42,307 nt of DNA from a bacterium (GTDB taxonomy: Bacteria; Patescibacteriota; Minisyncoccia; Phycocordibacterales; UBA10002): NCBI GenBank assembly GCA_030649775.1, contig JAUSFR010000077.1, forward strand, positions 1-42,307, read 5' to 3'. The notes below the pieces were generated by a model. The model searched no databases. It was given only the letters and a program-made list of their open reading frames with translations, and was not told the DNA's origin. The translations under genes and the position numbers were made by a program. Positions 38,728 to 42,307 of the stretch are shown here, one piece after another (position 1 is the stretch's first letter; the number at the start of each line of letters is the position of its first letter).

Positions 38728-39450
38728 ATGAGCTATCACTACGCCTATCTTCTCGGGATTGACCTGCTGATGTTCTTGCCGGCATTTCTCGTATTCTTTT
38801 TGTGGAGAAAAGATTTACGAAAAGAAATGCTTATCGCGGGGTCTGTATTTGGCGTCGTCGCGTTCTTGAGTGAGCCGATATTTATTCTCCACTACTGGAC
38901 TCCGGAGTATCTTTTTCCACTTTCCTATAAAGGACTCGCGCTCGGCTCTCTGGAAGATTTTCTTTATGGATTTCTCAAGGGTGGTGTGTCCGCAGTTATT
39001 TTTGAGGTGCTGTTCCGAGAAAAGTTTTCGCGAAAAAAGGTGAGGACGCATCACTGGAAGCAGATGATAGTCCCGATATACGCTCTGGGAACCGCGCTTT
39101 TTATTATTCCCACGGTACTTTTTTCGTGGAATCCGATTTATACCAGCGCGCTCGCCGTCGTAGTATTCCTCGTACCGCTCGCGCTTTATCGGCGCGACCT
39201 GCTTCCCGAGGCATTTACAAGCGGAGTACTGATGATGCTTCTTACCTTTATCGGGTACAAGCTGGTATTTATATTTTTCCCCGACATTATTCCTCTGTGG
39301 TGGAAACTTTCAAATCTCTCGGGAGTAATGCTTTCCGGTATTCCGGCTGAAGAAATGCTTGAGTCGTTTGTCGTCGGCTTTTTTGGCGGACCGTTTTATG
39401 AATTCTTTAATGGTCTTCGGCTCAAAAGATACACAGATATGAAGAGATAA
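38728..39450 (+). CDS. polytopic membrane protein (possibly lycopene-cyclase-domain family)
   Basis: 240 aa with about 7 hydrophobic segments. GSLEDFLYG and GIPAEEMLE resemble the duplicated P-x-E-E/D motif of that family. The family call is weak. Confidence 0.45.
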   Translation: MSYHYAYLLGIDLLMFLPAFLVFFLWRKDLRKEMLIAGSVFGVVAFLSEPIFILHYWTPEYLFPLSYKGLALGSLEDFLYGFLKGGVSAVIFEVLFREKFSRKKVRTHHWKQMIVPIYALGTALFIIPTVLFSWNPIYTSALAVVVFLVPLALYRRDLLPEAFTSGVLMMLLTFIGYKLVFIFFPDIIPLWWKLSNLSGVMLSGIPAEEMLESFVVGFFGGPFYEFFNGLRLKRYTDMKR

Positions 39451-39455
39451 AAAAC

Positions 39456-39477
39456 CGCGTTCCGGTAAAGGAACGCG
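39456..39477. terminator. hairpin CGCGTTCC-GGTAAA-GGAACGCG between convergent genes
   Basis: Perfect 8-bp stem preceded by AAAAA. Confidence 0.45.
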
Positions 39478-39499
39478 TGGTTACGAGGTATGATGGTCC

Positions 39500-39715
39500 T
39501 TAGGTGTCCAGTTCTTCAAAGGCGTTGGCAGGGAAAGCGCTGATTTTGCCCACGAGGTTTAGAAGTGGCTCTCTGGTATTGTCATCTTCAAACTGCAACT
39601 GCACGGTGCAGAGAATTCCTCTCTCAATGATTATGCTCTTGTTGACACTGATAACCCTTCTCTTGGCGATGATTTGTGTTCCTGGCTGGAATATCTGTAT
39701 CGGTAGTGTACTCAT
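39500..39715 (-). CDS. hypothetical small protein
   Basis: 71 aa, downstream of rnr on the same strand. More protein-like than the overlapping plus-strand ORF 39504-39767. Confidence 0.4.
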   Translation of the reverse strand: MSTLPIQIFQPGTQIIAKRRVISVNKSIIIERGILCTVQLQFEDDNTREPLLNLVGKISAFPANAFEELDT

Positions 39716-39787
39716 AGGAAATAAAGTTGGGGGCAGTGAGTGTGAGAACTTTCTCTATCTTAGGTAACTCATTTTCTTTGTCAAAAA

Positions 39788-41812
39788 TTACACGAGCCGG
39801 TAGTCCAGTGTTTTTCGCTCCACATCAGCGCCGACAACTTTGAAACGTACTTTATCGCCAAGAGAGTAGCGCTTTTTGGTACGTTCTCCAACCACCGAGT
39901 ACGTTTTTTCATCCAATACATAGTAATCGCCCGTGAGGTCTCGCAGTTTTACCATTCCCTCCGAGCGAGTATCTTTTTCTTCCACATAAATACCCCATTC
40001 GGTTACGCCCGAAATAATACCTTCAAACTCTTTCCCGATACGCTCCTCCATATATTCCACCTGCTTGAGTTTGATGGATTCGCGCTCGGCTTCCGCGGCT
40101 GAAATTTCCCGCTTGGTGGCGTCCGCCGCCATTTTTTCAAGCTGTGCCATTTTCTGTGGGTCTACCTTATGTTTCTCCTGTATTGCAAAAAGCGAACGGT
40201 GTACCAGAAGGTCGGGGTACCGCCTGATAGGTGAGGTGAAATGCGTGTAGTGTTCAAAGGCGAGTCCGAAGTGCCCGATATTCATCGTGGAGTACACGGC
40301 CTTCGCCATACTGCGAATAGCCGCGGTCTTAATGAGCGATTCGGAGGCGTGACCCTGAATTGTATTGAAAAGCGCCTGCAAATCTTTCCCGCTCACACTA
40401 CCGTCTTTCTGCACCGAAAGGTCGTGTCCAAGTGCCCGCACAAAAATGCCGAGCTGTTCCAGCTTTTCGCGGTTCGGCTCGTCGTGGGTGCGGTAAATAA
40501 ACTGAAGTTTACCCCCCGCCTTCATGGCGGTCTTTGAAAAGTGATGGGCGACTTCGCGGTTCGCGAGAAGCATAAACTCTTCAATGAGCTTGTGCGTATC
40601 AAGGCGTTTCTTTTTGTAGACGCGGATAGGGTGTCCCGTCTCATCAAGTTCAAACGCGACTTCGTCCTGTTCAAAATCAATCGCACCCTGCTTTGTTTTC
40701 TCCGCGCGCAGTTTCTTCGCGATGGAGTTCAGCGTGAGCAGAGCCTCGCGAAGTTTTTCCGTAAGAGTCAGACTCTCTCTGCCGAGAGTCTGACTCTTGC
40801 GAAGCGCTTCATCAATGACCTCTTGCGCCGTTTCGTAGGTGAAGCGCATCTGCGAGTGTATGACTCCCTTACCGAACCAGCGGTCGTGGATATGACCCTT
40901 TTCGTCCATTTCAAAGACCGCCGAGAAGGCGAGGCGGTCCACGTTGGGGTTCAGCGAACAGAGGTCGTTTGAAAGCGCGTGGGGAAGCATCGGAATAGTC
41001 CGGTCTACAAGATAGACGGACGTACCACGCGCCCGCGCCTCGCGGTCAAGCGCCGTTCCTTCACGAACATAGTGCGACACATCCGCTATATGAATTCCGA
41101 TTTCATAGTTTCCATTTGTGATTTCGCGAAGCGATAGTGCATCATCAAAATCTTTCGCGTTCGCGGGGTCAATGGTAAAGAGGGTAGTGGTGCGGAAATC
41201 TCGCCGTTTTGCAATCTCATCCGTCGAAATTGGCGAGCCGGTTTCTTTGAGGAGTCTCTGCGCCTCTTCGGCAATTTTTTCTGCCTCGGCTTCAACTTCT
41301 CGGGGGAAAGCATTCTCAAATCCGCGTTCAAGAATGATGGACTCCATTTCCACCTCGTGCTCACCCTTTTTGCCAATGACTTTGAGTATCTCACCCGTGG
41401 GCTCGCTACCGTCTTTCCACTCCCGTATTTCAACCAAAGCTTTGTATCCCTTCTGCGCTTCTCGCGGAGGGCGAGGTATGACTATCTTTGCGTACATCCG
41501 AAAGTCATCTGGCACGAGGAGAAGCCTAGTTCCACTCTCCTCAATCGTCCCGACAAAGCGCATTTTGGCGCGAGTGATAATCCGCACTACCTTTCCCGTC
41601 CGTCTTCCTCGCACTTTCTCTTTGAGTACCTCCACCTCTACTTCGTCACGGTTAAGCGCCGTGTGGAGATTCGGCGTTTCAATCATAATATCCTCTTTGT
41701 GCTTTTCGTCCTCAATAAAGCCCACGGCTCGCGAGTTCACGCTCAAAACACCCGCAATCGTGGAGCTAGGATGCTTTTCCTTGGTTTGTATAGACGAATA
41801 CTTGTTTTTCAC
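39788..41812 (-). CDS. rnr: ribonuclease R (RNB-family 3'-5' exoribonuclease)
   Basis: 674 aa. RNB motif TIDPANAKDFDDALSL and a C-terminal S1 domain GIISGVTEWGIYVE. Confidence 0.92.
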   Translation of the reverse strand: MKNKYSSIQTKEKHPSSTIAGVLSVNSRAVGFIEDEKHKEDIMIETPNLHTALNRDEVEVEVLKEKVRGRRTGKVVRIITRAKMRFVGTIEESGTRLLLVPDDFRMYAKIVIPRPPREAQKGYKALVEIREWKDGSEPTGEILKVIGKKGEHEVEMESIILERGFENAFPREVEAEAEKIAEEAQRLLKETGSPISTDEIAKRRDFRTTTLFTIDPANAKDFDDALSLREITNGNYEIGIHIADVSHYVREGTALDREARARGTSVYLVDRTIPMLPHALSNDLCSLNPNVDRLAFSAVFEMDEKGHIHDRWFGKGVIHSQMRFTYETAQEVIDEALRKSQTLGRESLTLTEKLREALLTLNSIAKKLRAEKTKQGAIDFEQDEVAFELDETGHPIRVYKKKRLDTHKLIEEFMLLANREVAHHFSKTAMKAGGKLQFIYRTHDEPNREKLEQLGIFVRALGHDLSVQKDGSVSGKDLQALFNTIQGHASESLIKTAAIRSMAKAVYSTMNIGHFGLAFEHYTHFTSPIRRYPDLLVHRSLFAIQEKHKVDPQKMAQLEKMAADATKREISAAEAERESIKLKQVEYMEERIGKEFEGIISGVTEWGIYVEEKDTRSEGMVKLRDLTGDYYVLDEKTYSVVGERTKKRYSLGDKVRFKVVGADVERKTLDYRLV

Positions 41813-41863
41813 GCTGTCACTATAACACAGAAGGACGAATTATGAAGTATGCAGTATGAAAAA

Positions 41864-41892
41864 TTGACGGGGAGATGTTATTCTGCTACCAT
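41864..41892 (+). promoter_or_regulatory. candidate sigma70-type promoter giving a leaderless or near-leaderless rpsP mRNA
   Basis: TTGACG (41864-69), a 17-nt spacer, then TACCAT (41887-92). The rpsP ATG at 41900 lies 7 nt after the -10 box. Confidence 0.3.
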
Positions 41893-41899
41893 CTCGCCT

Positions 41900-42280
41900 A
41901 TGTTGAAGATAAGACTACAGCGAGTGGCCAGGAAGCATATCCCGATTTTTCGGGTGGTTTTAACCGACTCCAAAAACTCCACAAAAAGCGGTAAGTTCCA
42001 CGAAGTGCTCGGCACCTACAACCTCATGACCGACGAGAAGAAGGTGGACGCCGAACGCATTAAATATTGGATTTCCAAAGGAGCCCAGCCGTCGGGCACG
42101 GTCCACAATTACCTCGTTCACGAACGTATTATTCCGGGAAAGAAAATAAACGTACTCCCGAGACGAACCCCTATCAAGAAGGAAGAAACGGCCCCTGCTT
42201 CGCCAAAGGCTACGCAGGGCGAGCCCACAGTAGTAGCGACTCCGGTGGCCGAGGCTTCAGCCGAAGCACCAAAGGCTTAA
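41900..42280 (+). CDS. rpsP: 30S ribosomal protein S16 with a C-terminal extension
   Basis: 126 aa from MLKIRLQRVARKHIPIFRVVL. The track start at 41849 adds 17 non-conserved-looking residues. Confidence 0.88.
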   Translation: MLKIRLQRVARKHIPIFRVVLTDSKNSTKSGKFHEVLGTYNLMTDEKKVDAERIKYWISKGAQPSGTVHNYLVHERIIPGKKINVLPRRTPIKKEETAPASPKATQGEPTVVATPVAEASAEAPKA

Positions 42281-42307
42281 TTAAATCTCCTACGAACAAC
42301 CCGCTTT

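Noticed and set aside
39504-39767. 87-aa plus-strand ORF (GTG start) overlapping 39500-39715 (-)
   Set aside because: It is Ser/Leu/Cys-rich and hydrophobic, like an antisense artefact. The minus-strand frame continues the rnr transcription direction and ends at the shared hairpin.
41118-41825. 235-aa plus-strand ORF (and 41357-41845)
   Set aside because: It is antisense to rnr. The Ser/Arg-rich composition marks a shadow ORF.
1-42307. Alternative genetic code (UGA recoding, as in some CPR lineages)
   Set aside because: All conserved genes are full-length under the standard code, and TGA is used as a genuine stop (for example rpe at 3452-3454 and smc at 38658-38660).

Overview
This 42.3-kb chromosomal segment is dense in housekeeping genes: gap, rpiB, rpe, a split transketolase, rplY, rpmE, prfA, rpsB, tsf, pheS/pheT, gyrB, thrS, dnaE, rnhB, rpmF, nusB, rnc, smc, rnr and rpsP. 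By inference it comes from a reduced-genome bacterium, most likely CPR/Patescibacteria (Parcubacteria-like). The supporting traits are the split tkt, trimmed PheS/PheT/ThrRS, a short SMC with no obvious hinge, type IV pilin-like genes, a four-helix-bundle 'IVS' protein, many tiny hypothetical ORFs, and the standard code with TGA used as a stop. I call 48 CDS, one canonical tRNA-Thr(UGU) and one interrupted tRNA-like gene. I saw no rRNA, CRISPR array, transposase or integrase. The main signal is a recurring architecture rather than a classical operon: small accessory genes lie between paired hairpin or palindrome sequences. (1) Three putative DNA-binding protein genes, two wHTH + Cas2/PaaX-like paralogs and one TrpR/YerC-like, are each bracketed upstream and downstream by two copies of their own 26-42-nt palindrome. 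In two cases the copies differ by symmetry-preserving substitutions. (2) A four-helix-bundle gene lies between inverted 2 x 17-nt repeat arrays. (3) A complete tRNA-Thr(UGU) is nested, between complementary flanks, inside the D-loop of a second tRNA-Thr(UGU)-like gene. (4) The two transketolase halves are separated by a 2.2-kb islet carrying a HigB/HigA-like pair, a solitary MazF-like gene, two membrane ORFs and three decayed duplicates of the tkt gene ends. In addition, many intergenic spacers are hairpins whose arms are tandem heptamers. The same heptamers, and one 36-nt palindrome, occur as in-frame insertions in tkt, pheS, gyrB, smc and dnaE. All functional interpretations are inferences from reading the sequence; no database search was run.
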